Sequence record: OP589283.1
Strand: one strand, 5' to 3'
DNA length: 64,000 nt
Below, one piece after another: positions 44,975 to 55,380 of the stretch. Position 1 is the stretch's first letter. The number at the start of each line of letters is the position of its first letter. Under the pieces are notes generated by a model. It did no database searches. It was not told where the DNA came from and saw nothing but the letters and a program-made list of their open reading frames with translations. Both the position numbers and the translations under genes were made by a program.

Positions 44975-47953
44975 TTATGCTCCTTTTTTATCGTCAGCGT
45001 CTTCTTCCGGAGGGAGTTCTTCTTCTTCCTCTTCCTCCTCCTCAGGCTCGTCAGGGGTTTCAGATTCTTCCTCCTCTTCTGTTTCAGCGTCAGGTTCTTC
45101 TTCAGGTAGATCGTCACCAGCGAATGGGTCTTCTTCTTCATCTAGTGCAATTTCACCACCATCCTCACCATCTGGTTTTTCTTCATCCTCGAAACCACTC
45201 GATTCCTCTTCAGGCATTTCTTCACCGTGTAAAGAGTCGTAAAGTTTCTTTAACTTCTCTTTATCTTTTAAGATTTTCTTATCCCTTGTAATCGCTTCCG
45301 TCACAAAGTTAATTAAGAAATCACTCAGGTTAGTCCGTTGAGCAAGGATGCCTGTGGTTAATCCGTAGATACCGCCTTCCTTACCATCACCAACGATATC
45401 ATCGAATGGCATAGGTAAGTTGAAACGACGGAAAGCCTCAGTTAAGAAATACCCTTTCAACATTTCAGCAATAACTTCTTTATTGTAGTCGCTATCTTCA
45501 AGACCCAATTCTTTTAATGCTGATTCCAAGAATTTTTCATATCCTGACATAGAGACCCATGCATCGACAAGGTCATTCACCACACCCAACGCGCTTTTCA
45601 TTTTATCTGTACTTTCTGCGTTATTAGGCGCAGGTAATGTACAGTACACGTTGTTTAAGAAATCCACCAAAATCATTTCAATCTTGGTTTCTTTATTCAT
45701 GGTAGGGGGTAATGATTCTTTAGCGTCGTTCTTCCACAGTTTTTCATTTTCATTAATGATTTGAATTAACTGCTGAAGTAATACACCATTCACCCTCGCA
45801 TGTTTACGCATGAAGTCACCAATTGATTCTGTCAGTGTTTCCTGCCAGTTCAATGTCTGGTTCAGAATCATTTGGTGTTCAGTTAACGCTTCAATCTGGA
45901 AGTTATTTGTATCGTCACTTACGTCTAACCAACTACGTGGTAAGAAGAAATAGTTGGCGATACGGTTGAGTACTTCTTCACGACTATCCTTGTCGACGGT
46001 CTTAAAGTTCTCACGAGGTTGCTGAGACAAATCCACTTCTGGTGCTGCAATATGAGGATTCTCATTTGCGTTCACTTTAATGGTTAGTGATTGTTGCATT
46101 AATGCATCAACAACTTGAGGCATGTTAAGCTGACTGCTAGCCAGAATACTGTGGAGTCTTGGGTTGGCTTTAAAATAAGCTGCCCGACTGGCTGCAATAG
46201 AACGGTACGGATTGGTATCCTCTCTTTCAACGTTGATGGTCATCAGCGTGTGAGGTTGAGCGGCTTCTAAGTTAGCCAATGCATCTGCTAAGTCCATTGC
46301 TGCTAAACGTGTGATATGCATTTTAGCATTTTGGACAAGACTTTGACCTAATCCTAAGCGATTGTACTTTATCGCAATGTAGGTAATACACTCGCCAGGT
46401 ACATACAAACAACGGATACCTTGCTTACGGAACATGCGTTGTAAGAAAATCTTGTTGGTTTCTTCATCAACGGTAATACTGATGTTATCACCATCACCTT
46501 TAATAATAGAAGCCATGAAACGTTTAATAATGAGATCTTCCGCGAGGTGCGCAAATTCACTCATATCAAAGTCACAGTCTTTACCGCTTTGAACCGTTTT
46601 TAAGGAACTGATTAATTGATTAGTACTACCTTGTTGCTGGCTACCGTAAATACTGCCTTGCGGAGAATTACCTGTACCGTCACCTCTGCTACCTGATTGG
46701 TAAAATTCATAATCCTTAGTGCGTTTTAAGAATTTACCTTCTTCATCAGTTAAAATGATGTAGTCGATACCCGCTTTGACATCCCCATTACGGTGAATAG
46801 GAATAACGGATTCACTTGGAAGATGCCAAGTAAGTCCAGTACCAAACACACTTTTATTCAGTTCATCATTGTTATGGACAAACTGAATGTCGCGTTTAAC
46901 AGGGTCTCGTTCAGGGTAAAATTCATTTTGAATCGTTTCCATTTGACTCAATGATAATTTACCAGATTGGGTGACATTTTCTTTACTGGGTTTCTTCCCT
47001 TTTGTTTTCTTCCCTTTTTCTGTGATGGGTTCGCTACGACCTGCAACATGGGCGATTAAACTAGAGAAACTTTCAACCCCTGTGTAGTAATCACTGTTTT
47101 TCTTTTCAATGATTTCTCTGATTCGACCAAGGTACAATAAAGAAGGGTTATCGGTGATTGTGATGTCAATCGCTTTTTCCCATTCCTCTAATGTACTTCC
47201 GTGAATGGTTTCTCCAGACTTACCTTCGAAAATGTTGAATTCCGTTTCATTACTAGCCTTAGTAGTAGCAAACAAACTTTCAATACCTGTTACTGCTTTG
47301 GTACCTTCATTTTTTGGATTACGGATGTAGCGACCACTGTTAATCGCACACAAATTATCGTTAAATTCATTCTTTAAAGTTATTTTGGCGCTATCGATTA
47401 AACTTTCGTTACCAGTAATTTCACTACCGTTAATTAGATAATCTAAGTTAGGACGACTTAGGTTCAGTAATACGTAACTACCGGTATTCCAAAGCACGTC
47501 GTTCACGATATCTTTTAACTCGACCTCGATTTTATAGTCCAACGTAAAATAACTCTCCCACGCTTTAAGTAACGAAGCATGTAATTGAGTATTCTTTAGT
47601 TTACTGAACTCGGTGTCGTAACGAAGAATTTGTTTTTGAGCACCGTTAGGATAAAGTAATAACGTGTTCCAAATCAGCTCTGCTTTATCAATGTAAGGGG
47701 TAATTTCGCGTAAGTCGGTGATTGCGTTAATGTTGTTACTGATAACGTTACTTAGGTTCTCTAGTTTACGTTGATCAATATTCTTTTGGTCTATAGTAAC
47801 AGCAGTACCCTTTTTTTGTGCGGCTTCTTCGGTAGTCCCCCTTACTGCATTGTTTAAAGTGGTAGCGACAATGGGGTTAACCGAAGAGAGTTTTTCCCGT
47901 AATTTAGGGAAATTGACTTTACTGTCCCCAAATGATTTTTCACGTGTTTGCAT
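44975..47953 (-). CDS. Portal protein (phiKZ gp129-like)
   Basis: ~992 aa; divergent from the baseplate gene; internal GNE/GIE/GVE sites; YNRLGLGQSL...FFLPRSWLD core; acidic tail; GAGG RBS supports ATG 47953. Confidence 0.85.
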   Translation of the reverse strand: MQTREKSFGDSKVNFPKLREKLSSVNPIVATTLNNAVRGTTEEAAQKKGTAVTIDQKNIDQRKLENLSNVISNNINAITDLREITPYIDKAELIWNTLLLYPNGAQKQILRYDTEFSKLKNTQLHASLLKAWESYFTLDYKIEVELKDIVNDVLWNTGSYVLLNLSRPNLDYLINGSEITGNESLIDSAKITLKNEFNDNLCAINSGRYIRNPKNEGTKAVTGIESLFATTKASNETEFNIFEGKSGETIHGSTLEEWEKAIDITITDNPSLLYLGRIREIIEKKNSDYYTGVESFSSLIAHVAGRSEPITEKGKKTKGKKPSKENVTQSGKLSLSQMETIQNEFYPERDPVKRDIQFVHNNDELNKSVFGTGLTWHLPSESVIPIHRNGDVKAGIDYIILTDEEGKFLKRTKDYEFYQSGSRGDGTGNSPQGSIYGSQQQGSTNQLISSLKTVQSGKDCDFDMSEFAHLAEDLIIKRFMASIIKGDGDNISITVDEETNKIFLQRMFRKQGIRCLYVPGECITYIAIKYNRLGLGQSLVQNAKMHITRLAAMDLADALANLEAAQPHTLMTINVEREDTNPYRSIAASRAAYFKANPRLHSILASSQLNMPQVVDALMQQSLTIKVNANENPHIAAPEVDLSQQPRENFKTVDKDSREEVLNRIANYFFLPRSWLDVSDDTNNFQIEALTEHQMILNQTLNWQETLTESIGDFMRKHARVNGVLLQQLIQIINENEKLWKNDAKESLPPTMNKETKIEMILVDFLNNVYCTLPAPNNAESTDKMKSALGVVNDLVDAWVSMSGYEKFLESALKELGLEDSDYNKEVIAEMLKGYFLTEAFRRFNLPMPFDDIVGDGKEGGIYGLTTGILAQRTNLSDFLINFVTEAITRDKKILKDKEKLKKLYDSLHGEEMPEEESSGFEDEEKPDGEDGGEIALDEEEDPFAGDDLPEEEPDAETEEEEESETPDEPEEEEEEEEELPPEEDADDKKGA

Positions 47954-48010
47954 TATCAAACCTCTTAGACTAATAGAAATATGCTAGAGAACCTTTAAGG
48001 AGACTCTCAA

Positions 48011-50698
48011 GTGAGAAATATTGCATTTGATGCTTTTATTAGCGATACACTATCGCTCACAAGAAGCATGGTAATTAAAATAGAAGAAATTGCATTAAAA
48101 GACAATGCCATGTTAACTAACGCTGGCTACAGTGTGAGTGAAGATAAAAGCACATGGCGTTATTTCATGAACATGAACGGTGATTATCACGAAACAGACA
48201 TTCCGATGTATGTCAACAGTATCGACACCGGAGAAGAAATTCTTTTCAGTAAAGAAAATCTAGAAATTCATTTAGCCACAGCACGCGAATATCGTTCACG
48301 CGGATATTGGTATAAACGATTACTGGAACTTAATCCCGCGCAAGTCGATTTAATTAAAGGTATTCTTTCTCCCATACCTTACAATATATCACTGGAAGCT
48401 GAAAACTATAAAATCCTTGATTATGACCAGAACTATGTAGAAGCAAACGAATACCATCTGATACCTGAGTTACAACGTCGTATTATTGCGGAAGCACACA
48501 AAACGTTAAACAACGATTACTTGATCACAGAAGACTTGATGTTGACGGTATTATTGTGTAACTTAATGTCAACTGTGTTCAAAGCGATTTGTAATATCCG
48601 GTTTAACAGCATTGGTACACGTAATGCACATTCCTTTTATATCTGGAGTCATATCGATAGTTTCGGTAACTTCTCCCGGTATAAGGATAGTTTAAATAAT
48701 TATCAAACACTTTGGTTGTATCGGAACATTCATTGGTTAATTAACCATGCCGGACAAAATGAAAACTTCGATTACCTGTTAGAGAACTTGTTGACTGAGC
48801 GCAATATTCCCATTGCTAAATTTGACATGGTGTTGAGTTCAGAAGATCAAGAGACGACCTTTGTTCCTAAAGTTAACTTTAGACGCTCTAATCTTAATCT
48901 GTTGGCAGATTATGGTACTACTCCTGCATATGTACCAACCGCTACATTAATCGCTAAAGAACGCTTTATGGCGGCAGAAAACGCTGTCTACGAAGATGAG
49001 TATTTGTTAGAAGCTAAACAGTTAAGTGAAATTAGTTTATTCAGTGAGTTACCGACCAAAGTGTTAGAAAGCAGTATGATGGATACCACTAACATCCATC
49101 AAGACACTCGGTTGACAACACTGTTCAACAACTGGATTTATTTAACGTATAAAAACATTTACCGTGCATCTATCTTGGTAACAAATCCTAAAACAGGACA
49201 GCAGTTCCGGATTAATCCTGGGGATGCTTGGCACCTCTGGTATTACTTAGTTAATGCTGCAAATGGAAGACCTCCATTAGTGGTTGAGCCTACGTATTAT
49301 TCTAGAGCATTAAAAATTAACCCCCCAAGTATTGCACAGTTGCGTGATATTGGCGGGTCAACCTTTATCGATAATGTGTTGGCTAAAGACATTCGTAATT
49401 TAACGTACAGTCACGGGTTTATTATTACCCCTGAAAAACTGTTGAGTACGTCTGAAGAAATTTACGCGATTATGTGGAAACAGCGTAAACTTTACAGTCA
49501 GTTCTATGATATCAATAAACGTGCTCGAGTTAAAAACGCTGTTAGTGCTATGTCAGAAAGTGGGTTTGCTCGCATTACTAATTTCACTTCGTATGATGCA
49601 TTGTTAGCTAATTATGAACTGGACTTTACGGAATGGGAACCTAATGAACTGTATAACTTCGCTTATGACGTATTCCAAGCTTCTACAGCATGGGGATTAG
49701 TTAAAGTTAATAGTTTGGGGGAGATTCAATCTGATTTGATTGGATTGATGTCAGACTTAAGCAGTTACACAATTCAAATTGTTAAGGAGATTGTGGAAGG
49801 TGGGGATACCATCGAAATCCCTAACGAGAACTTTGTTGGAAGACCACTTTGGACAGAAGGTGATTTTTGGGATATTGGGGATTTCAGCGGGGTGCAATTA
49901 GACTCTCGTGGATACCTCACCCCTTGGTTAGATTCTAAATTAGCGGTTTCTATTATTCCAGATAAACCTTTAGTGATTAAGAGTATCACGGGTGATGGGG
50001 TGATGGACTTATTCGATGGTAACTATCCAATTAAGGTAGTTGAGGTTGATGACCAAGACTGGTTGGTAAGTTCAATCAGATTGGTGGATAACAGTTACTG
50101 TTATTTACGTCCTGCTGATTTACCGCCTGAACCAAATGAACCAATTGTAAATCAAATGATTGAGCGGTTTGTGGGTAATTTACCAACCATATCTGACCTT
50201 GAGTTTATCTCGGCGCCTCCTAACGACCCAACTTACACTGATGTAGTCGAGACTTTGACTCCACATCTTTCTATCTCAGGGTTAACCGTTGAAACAATGT
50301 TCGAGTTCGGTACGTACACTTCTTGGCCTTATCCAGAAATTGCAGTGGAAAGTTTCGAAGGTAAATTACCGTCCATCAGTGGATTAGTTATTCGTGATGT
50401 GTTGGTTAATAAAACAGTTGAAGAACAACCAGTATTGGTTTCTAAATCACTGACCGGATTAGAATCAAGAGAAGCGTTAATTGACCGTACTTATGAAGAT
50501 AATTTAGCTGTTAGTAAATCGTTAATCAATTTGGCTTCATTTGAAGCGTTAATTGATAAAGAATATACAGACAGTGTGTCGGTCAGTAAGTCTTTAACAG
50601 GACTGTACAGTTCAGAAGACGCTGTTTATATTGACGATGTTGAAACGATTACCGGTATCAATTTAACCATTAGTGGATTAACAATTACCACAGTATAA
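48011..50698 (+). CDS. Baseplate protein (gp128-like) with repeat-containing C-terminal extension
   Basis: GTG start with AAGGAG; TWRYFMNMNG, WLYRNIHW, SSYTIQ motifs; SKSLxxL and ISGL repeats. Confidence 0.8.
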   Translation: MRNIAFDAFISDTLSLTRSMVIKIEEIALKDNAMLTNAGYSVSEDKSTWRYFMNMNGDYHETDIPMYVNSIDTGEEILFSKENLEIHLATAREYRSRGYWYKRLLELNPAQVDLIKGILSPIPYNISLEAENYKILDYDQNYVEANEYHLIPELQRRIIAEAHKTLNNDYLITEDLMLTVLLCNLMSTVFKAICNIRFNSIGTRNAHSFYIWSHIDSFGNFSRYKDSLNNYQTLWLYRNIHWLINHAGQNENFDYLLENLLTERNIPIAKFDMVLSSEDQETTFVPKVNFRRSNLNLLADYGTTPAYVPTATLIAKERFMAAENAVYEDEYLLEAKQLSEISLFSELPTKVLESSMMDTTNIHQDTRLTTLFNNWIYLTYKNIYRASILVTNPKTGQQFRINPGDAWHLWYYLVNAANGRPPLVVEPTYYSRALKINPPSIAQLRDIGGSTFIDNVLAKDIRNLTYSHGFIITPEKLLSTSEEIYAIMWKQRKLYSQFYDINKRARVKNAVSAMSESGFARITNFTSYDALLANYELDFTEWEPNELYNFAYDVFQASTAWGLVKVNSLGEIQSDLIGLMSDLSSYTIQIVKEIVEGGDTIEIPNENFVGRPLWTEGDFWDIGDFSGVQLDSRGYLTPWLDSKLAVSIIPDKPLVIKSITGDGVMDLFDGNYPIKVVEVDDQDWLVSSIRLVDNSYCYLRPADLPPEPNEPIVNQMIERFVGNLPTISDLEFISAPPNDPTYTDVVETLTPHLSISGLTVETMFEFGTYTSWPYPEIAVESFEGKLPSISGLVIRDVLVNKTVEEQPVLVSKSLTGLESREALIDRTYEDNLAVSKSLINLASFEALIDKEYTDSVSVSKSLTGLYSSEDAVYIDDVETITGINLTISGLTITTV

Positions 50699-50707
50699 GG
50701 AAAAATC

Positions 50708-51649
50708 ATGTTGAATTTATCTATGTCCGGTAAAATGTCCGGTCACGGTAAAATGATTGTTAAACGTGGCGACGGCACTGTTGAGGAATACGCTGATAAT
50801 AATAAACTATTGGCGTCGTTTTTCACTAAGGCAAACACGGGTTCGACTTTCAGTATTACCCCACGATTAAAAGTAGGTACAGGTACTACAGCAACCGAAG
50901 CGAATACAACTCAATTGGCAGCAGTATTACCACCAGCATCAGGTTCTTGGCCTACCGCTACTGTACTCGAAGAACCGACAGGAACGTTGGTAGAAGGTGG
51001 GACTAAAATCCGGTCATATATCAAGTATCAGTTGATTGCAGGGGTGGGACAGTTTGTTGGTAACATTTCTGAGTATGGGTTAAACTTGTCAAACGATTCT
51101 ACCACAAATAGTGGGATCGTAGATACGCGTGTGTTGATTACGGACGTGGATGGGAACCCAACAACGATTACATTAGGGTTATTGGACCAATTAATCTGTG
51201 AGTACACCTTCCAGATTTTAATCCCTTATCAAGACATTGTCACTACCGTTACCGCTCAACAAGATGGTGCGGGTGTTGATTATGAAATTACTATGCGTTT
51301 AACGGGGTTGTATAAGTTCACTACTTATATGAACTTAAGTTATGCCAACCAAGGCTCAACCCAACAAGTATTAATGACTCAAGCAGACATTGGTGCAATT
51401 GGCACACCACTCCCCGCGTCTAATGATGCTAGCCAAGATTCAACCACCGGATTAGCAATCACAGGTTCTGGTGATAAGCGCAGTGTACTCATTGATATAC
51501 CCATCAGTAAAGGTAATTTGGTTGGGGGTATCAAGGGGTTGACTATTGGTGCTCGCAATAACTGGTATAAAGTGGGGTTTAATCCTCCCTTACCCAAGGC
51601 ATTAAACAAGAACATTAAGTTTACACTTAATTTGTCTCACACACAATAA
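50708..51649 (+). CDS. Tail-fibre/tail-tip protein, paralog 1
   Basis: LKVGTG, GNISEYG, TRVLITDVDGNPTTIT...DQLICEY; T/G/S-rich beta composition. Confidence 0.7.
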   Translation: MLNLSMSGKMSGHGKMIVKRGDGTVEEYADNNKLLASFFTKANTGSTFSITPRLKVGTGTTATEANTTQLAAVLPPASGSWPTATVLEEPTGTLVEGGTKIRSYIKYQLIAGVGQFVGNISEYGLNLSNDSTTNSGIVDTRVLITDVDGNPTTITLGLLDQLICEYTFQILIPYQDIVTTVTAQQDGAGVDYEITMRLTGLYKFTTYMNLSYANQGSTQQVLMTQADIGAIGTPLPASNDASQDSTTGLAITGSGDKRSVLIDIPISKGNLVGGIKGLTIGARNNWYKVGFNPPLPKALNKNIKFTLNLSHTQ

Positions 51650-51697
51650 TCTATGGTTTAAACGGTGGTGCTAATCACACCACCGGAGGATTAAGAA

Positions 51698-52660
51698 ATG
51701 GTGGAATTAAAAAGAACTCTTGGGGTTCGTTCATTTGCTGACATTCAAGTTTATCGTGATGGTAAACTCAGATGTGAATTAAAAGATTGTGGTAACGATC
51801 TTTTAGACGGTTGGTTTAACTTGTGGCTAGGTACATGGCAAAACAGTGTAGTGAACAACGGAGTGTTAAAATTAGGGGAAGGCGGCGGCCCAACTTCTTA
51901 TGCGATGACTACTCTCGAGTCAGCAAAATTATTAACATCAAGCAGTTACTACGGGTATAATGGTGATGCCGCAACTTATTCAAATGAAACTATTGATGAA
52001 GGCGGTAATAATTATGTAATTTATACTGCCGCTAGAGTTTTTTCTTACACAGTAGGTGGTTGGACTGGGACGTTAAGAGAACTCGGTATGCATGTTGACG
52101 GGTGGCATGTCAACAGCAGTGGTCAAACAAAGACAGTACAAACTCGAATTGTACTCCCTCAAGAGTTGGTGATTACTTCAGATGACCAATTAGTGATTAC
52201 TTACAAATTTAAAGTTAAAATGTTAAATGAGATCACTACTGAAGTAGTACAAGCAATGTATAATAAAGTTCCTGTTGATGTAACTGTTACACACACCCCA
52301 GGAAAATTCACTGACGCTTCTAAAATACTGGACAACTATCACAACTCTTCAGGGTATGCTAACTCTGATTATTTCTTTTTTTCAAACATCGGAGTGGGTG
52401 CCAAAAATGCATCTTTACCGATGAATTCCAGAGAAATAACTGGTGTTATGCGGTCACATAGTGTGGATGCGGTTAATAAGACACGCACAGCAACAATTAC
52501 CATTACCGCTGATAAAGCCAATTACGCTGAAAATGAAATTGCACATTTAACGTTTAACTCAATAGACCATCCAAGTAAGTGGAGTTTCGATCCACCTATT
52601 CCTAAAACCAATCGTCATATTGTTAAAATGAGCTTTGTGACTAAGGTAGAACGGTTATGA
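51698..52660 (+). CDS. Tail-fibre/tail-tip protein, paralog 2
   Basis: LKLGEG, GTLRELG, TRIV...DDQLVITY match paralog 1. Confidence 0.7.
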   Translation: MVELKRTLGVRSFADIQVYRDGKLRCELKDCGNDLLDGWFNLWLGTWQNSVVNNGVLKLGEGGGPTSYAMTTLESAKLLTSSSYYGYNGDAATYSNETIDEGGNNYVIYTAARVFSYTVGGWTGTLRELGMHVDGWHVNSSGQTKTVQTRIVLPQELVITSDDQLVITYKFKVKMLNEITTEVVQAMYNKVPVDVTVTHTPGKFTDASKILDNYHNSSGYANSDYFFFSNIGVGAKNASLPMNSREITGVMRSHSVDAVNKTRTATITITADKANYAENEIAHLTFNSIDHPSKWSFDPPIPKTNRHIVKMSFVTKVERL

Positions 52661-54012
52661 TACAGAATCATCCATCCTGGTCACCTTTTACTCAGTACGC
52701 TGGTTTGGATAGAACATCATTGGACGTTTCACTGGATGCTATACCACAACCAAGGTCAGGAAGTCCGGGACCTGACATACTCAGTCAATCTAACGGAGTG
52801 GTTAACGTTAAAAACTATGTTGCTTATTTTGCCGATGGTAATTTTTACATTCGCGCAGAAAATAAAACAATTGATAACTGGGACGAACCAATATTGCTGG
52901 GAAGCATTATGGAAGTCCCTAACACCATCTCCCTTGCGTTTGACCAATTAGGTCGCCCTCAGATTTTCTATGAGTCTAATGGCAAAATTAAACTATTTGG
53001 TTATGACCCAACTTCCCAGACAATTACGTCACGTTTCATTTGTAATGGGACTACCCCTGTAGCTGCAATGGATTATCCTAAAGATACTTCCAGAGCAAGT
53101 TGCGATATCAACGTTTGTTATGTGGTGAATAATCTTGCTAAGTTTCGCATTCAACGTGAAAAATATGAGATTGAATATTCAGTCAGTGATGTTTCTCCCG
53201 GAGATGATCTTAAGCTGATTGAGGTGGGGTTTAGACGAGATAGACGTTTTGGTTTGAACTTTACTTACAAACCTAAGTCAACTGGGGGTGGAGGAACTCC
53301 TCCTGATGAACCGGGTGATTATGAAATCGGTACATGGAAGTTTAATGATGCACGTGGAGATGGGTTCTGGTCGTTTAGTGAAGTAGACCCTAAAACATCC
53401 GGTATTGTTTGGGATAACGGAGAAGCACAAGCTTCCATGATACTTGGTTTAAACATCAATGGAAACATCCCAGGTCAAACCACGTTAGCTGGAAACACAT
53501 GGTCGGCTGTAATACCTAATGACCCAGAATACGGCCCTTACGTTTGGATTGGTGTTGGGTTTGGAATGTACGGTAATCGTACTGACCCTGCTAAAGGGTT
53601 TGGAGATTATTATGATGTGTATTTCGAATTTCTGTGTAAGGGTAAACTGGTTAAATTAAAAGCCCAGTTTGACCCACAAGACCCTTATTATGGTTACGCT
53701 ATCTTTTTGTGTGATAATGACACAAATGAACCCGCTTCTGAAGCACTGGTTCCCGCTGTATTCGGTGATTGGAGGATTTTTAGTGATCAGTCCACTGACC
53801 AATTTTTACCCGGTGGATATGAAACTGAACGCTATTCTCTCAATCTCTGGATGGATGAATTTGCAAACACGTGGTTCCCAAATGATTTTGCAACTCACTC
53901 AGATATGAAACAACTTGGTGAATTTGAGGCTACCGTTCGTGCTATTCATAAAGCAGGTACACAACCTAACATCGTGGGTAAAATGAAGTTTGTCATAACA
54001 GGTGCGACATAA
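52657..54012 (+). CDS. Two-domain tail protein, candidate receptor-binding
   Basis: N-terminal domain (ISLAFDQLGRP, DINVCYV, FRIQREKY), GGGGTPPDEPG linker, aromatic-rich C-terminal domain. Confidence 0.7.
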   Translation: MIQNHPSWSPFTQYAGLDRTSLDVSLDAIPQPRSGSPGPDILSQSNGVVNVKNYVAYFADGNFYIRAENKTIDNWDEPILLGSIMEVPNTISLAFDQLGRPQIFYESNGKIKLFGYDPTSQTITSRFICNGTTPVAAMDYPKDTSRASCDINVCYVVNNLAKFRIQREKYEIEYSVSDVSPGDDLKLIEVGFRRDRRFGLNFTYKPKSTGGGGTPPDEPGDYEIGTWKFNDARGDGFWSFSEVDPKTSGIVWDNGEAQASMILGLNINGNIPGQTTLAGNTWSAVIPNDPEYGPYVWIGVGFGMYGNRTDPAKGFGDYYDVYFEFLCKGKLVKLKAQFDPQDPYYGYAIFLCDNDTNEPASEALVPAVFGDWRIFSDQSTDQFLPGGYETERYSLNLWMDEFANTWFPNDFATHSDMKQLGEFEATVRAIHKAGTQPNIVGKMKFVITGAT

Positions 54013-54029
54013 AAGCTAAAGGATAAATC

Positions 54030-54416
54030 ATGTCTTCTGAATTAACCCATATTTTAAATCTATTTTTTAGTAAAGCAGGGATTACCAAGGACTCATTAAA
54101 ACGACAGTACTCTATTAAACTTAATCGGTTAACGGGAGACAAGGCGTATTTTGAAGTACTGGTTAGAAATACCAATCCTCAAATTTTTATTGTGACTAAA
54201 AAACCTTTAACTTTTGATAATTTACTTAGCATCCCTGCCAGCACGCCCCGTGCTGAAATCAACAAATACTTTGTTGCAAGTGTAGTGAGTCAATACACCA
54301 AAGGTTTTAATCATAATGACGTTGGTCTTATTGATATCAAAGATGACCACGTTAACGTTTATATTAACCCGGCTTCGTATTTATACACCGGTCAAATTAA
54401 AATTAGGAGAGCATAA
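54030..54416 (+). CDS. Small virion-associated protein (128 aa)
   Basis: AAGGA RBS; SYLYTGQI ending typical of tail-associated beta domains. Confidence 0.65.
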   Translation: MSSELTHILNLFFSKAGITKDSLKRQYSIKLNRLTGDKAYFEVLVRNTNPQIFIVTKKPLTFDNLLSIPASTPRAEINKYFVASVVSQYTKGFNHNDVGLIDIKDDHVNVYINPASYLYTGQIKIRRA

Positions 54417-55330
54417 TGCCGATTACAACATCAGCATCAACAGAGTCTGAAATGGCTAAAGTCCCCAGTCAAGTATCTGTTAATACCTTATTAGGTAACT
54501 TAATTGGAAAAGTATGTGCTACCAATCAAAACATCACTATTCCTGAATACGGCACAGTTAACCGCGCATTAGAAATTTTAATGGCGGAATCAGTTGGTGT
54601 TAAATCAGGTCGTGATTTTGAATTAAAATATTTCATGGTCGGGCGTCGTGGGAATCGTGTTAAGTCAACGTCTGAAGACGGTGTAGTGGAAATGGAAGCG
54701 AACCAACATCAACCTGTTGACGCCAACCTATTCTCACCAATGCCATTCGTAGCAAGACCATTAACCAATCCTCTGACCGAAGCACAACGTAAAAATTTAC
54801 GTTGCCGGACTGTAGAAGATTTTGGTGGTGTGTCTTATGAATTCTGGTGGGTGAAATTAGCCAATTTTGACGAATACAACCCACGCATGTTAAAAATCAT
54901 TCGTGACCCTGAAACTGGTATCGAAACACCTACGACGTTCATCCCCACTGATGAAAACTTGTTCCCAACTCCTATCAATCTCACTAGCGAAAATACAGTG
55001 CCGGTTAGCAACACTTACGTTAACGCCACTGCAATGCTGGATTGTAGCTTGAATGCTAACGACGTAGTGGAATTGCAAAACGTTGCTGCAATCCGTTACG
55101 GCGATGCAGGTAAAGCACGTATTAGCGAGACAGCGGTTTGTTGGGGTATTGATACATTAACGGAAGGTAATATCGGTACAGGTGTTATGACTTATACTGA
55201 AGCCGTTGCGGTAGTGCCTGCTCATTTCGTTTCTGAAAGTGATGCACGTAATGCCAACAACAACACCGGTATTTCTCTTGTGTTTGACCACGGTGTAAGT
55301 GAACCAATGTTGTTACACACTGTTGTTTAA
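54416..55330 (+). CDS. Virion structural protein (gp139-like)
   Basis: LKYFMVG..G, DANLF.PMPFVAR, YWVK, ISETAVCWG motifs; 304 aa. Confidence 0.75.
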   Translation: MPITTSASTESEMAKVPSQVSVNTLLGNLIGKVCATNQNITIPEYGTVNRALEILMAESVGVKSGRDFELKYFMVGRRGNRVKSTSEDGVVEMEANQHQPVDANLFSPMPFVARPLTNPLTEAQRKNLRCRTVEDFGGVSYEFWWVKLANFDEYNPRMLKIIRDPETGIETPTTFIPTDENLFPTPINLTSENTVPVSNTYVNATAMLDCSLNANDVVELQNVAAIRYGDAGKARISETAVCWGIDTLTEGNIGTGVMTYTEAVAVVPAHFVSESDARNANNNTGISLVFDHGVSEPMLLHTVV

Positions 55331-55341
55331 TTAACGTTCAT

Positions 55342-55368
55342 TTAGAGGGCTACTCAGTAGCCCTCTAA
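55342..55368 (+). terminator. Stem-loop, probable terminator
   Basis: 12-bp stem TTAGAGGGCTAC-tca-GTAGCCCTCTAA. Confidence 0.7.
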
Positions 55369-55380
55369 TAAGGATTATGT

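Noticed and set aside
44975-45260. TCTTCC-rich low-complexity tract as a microsatellite or contingency locus
   Set aside because: Imperfect; it simply encodes the acidic portal tail
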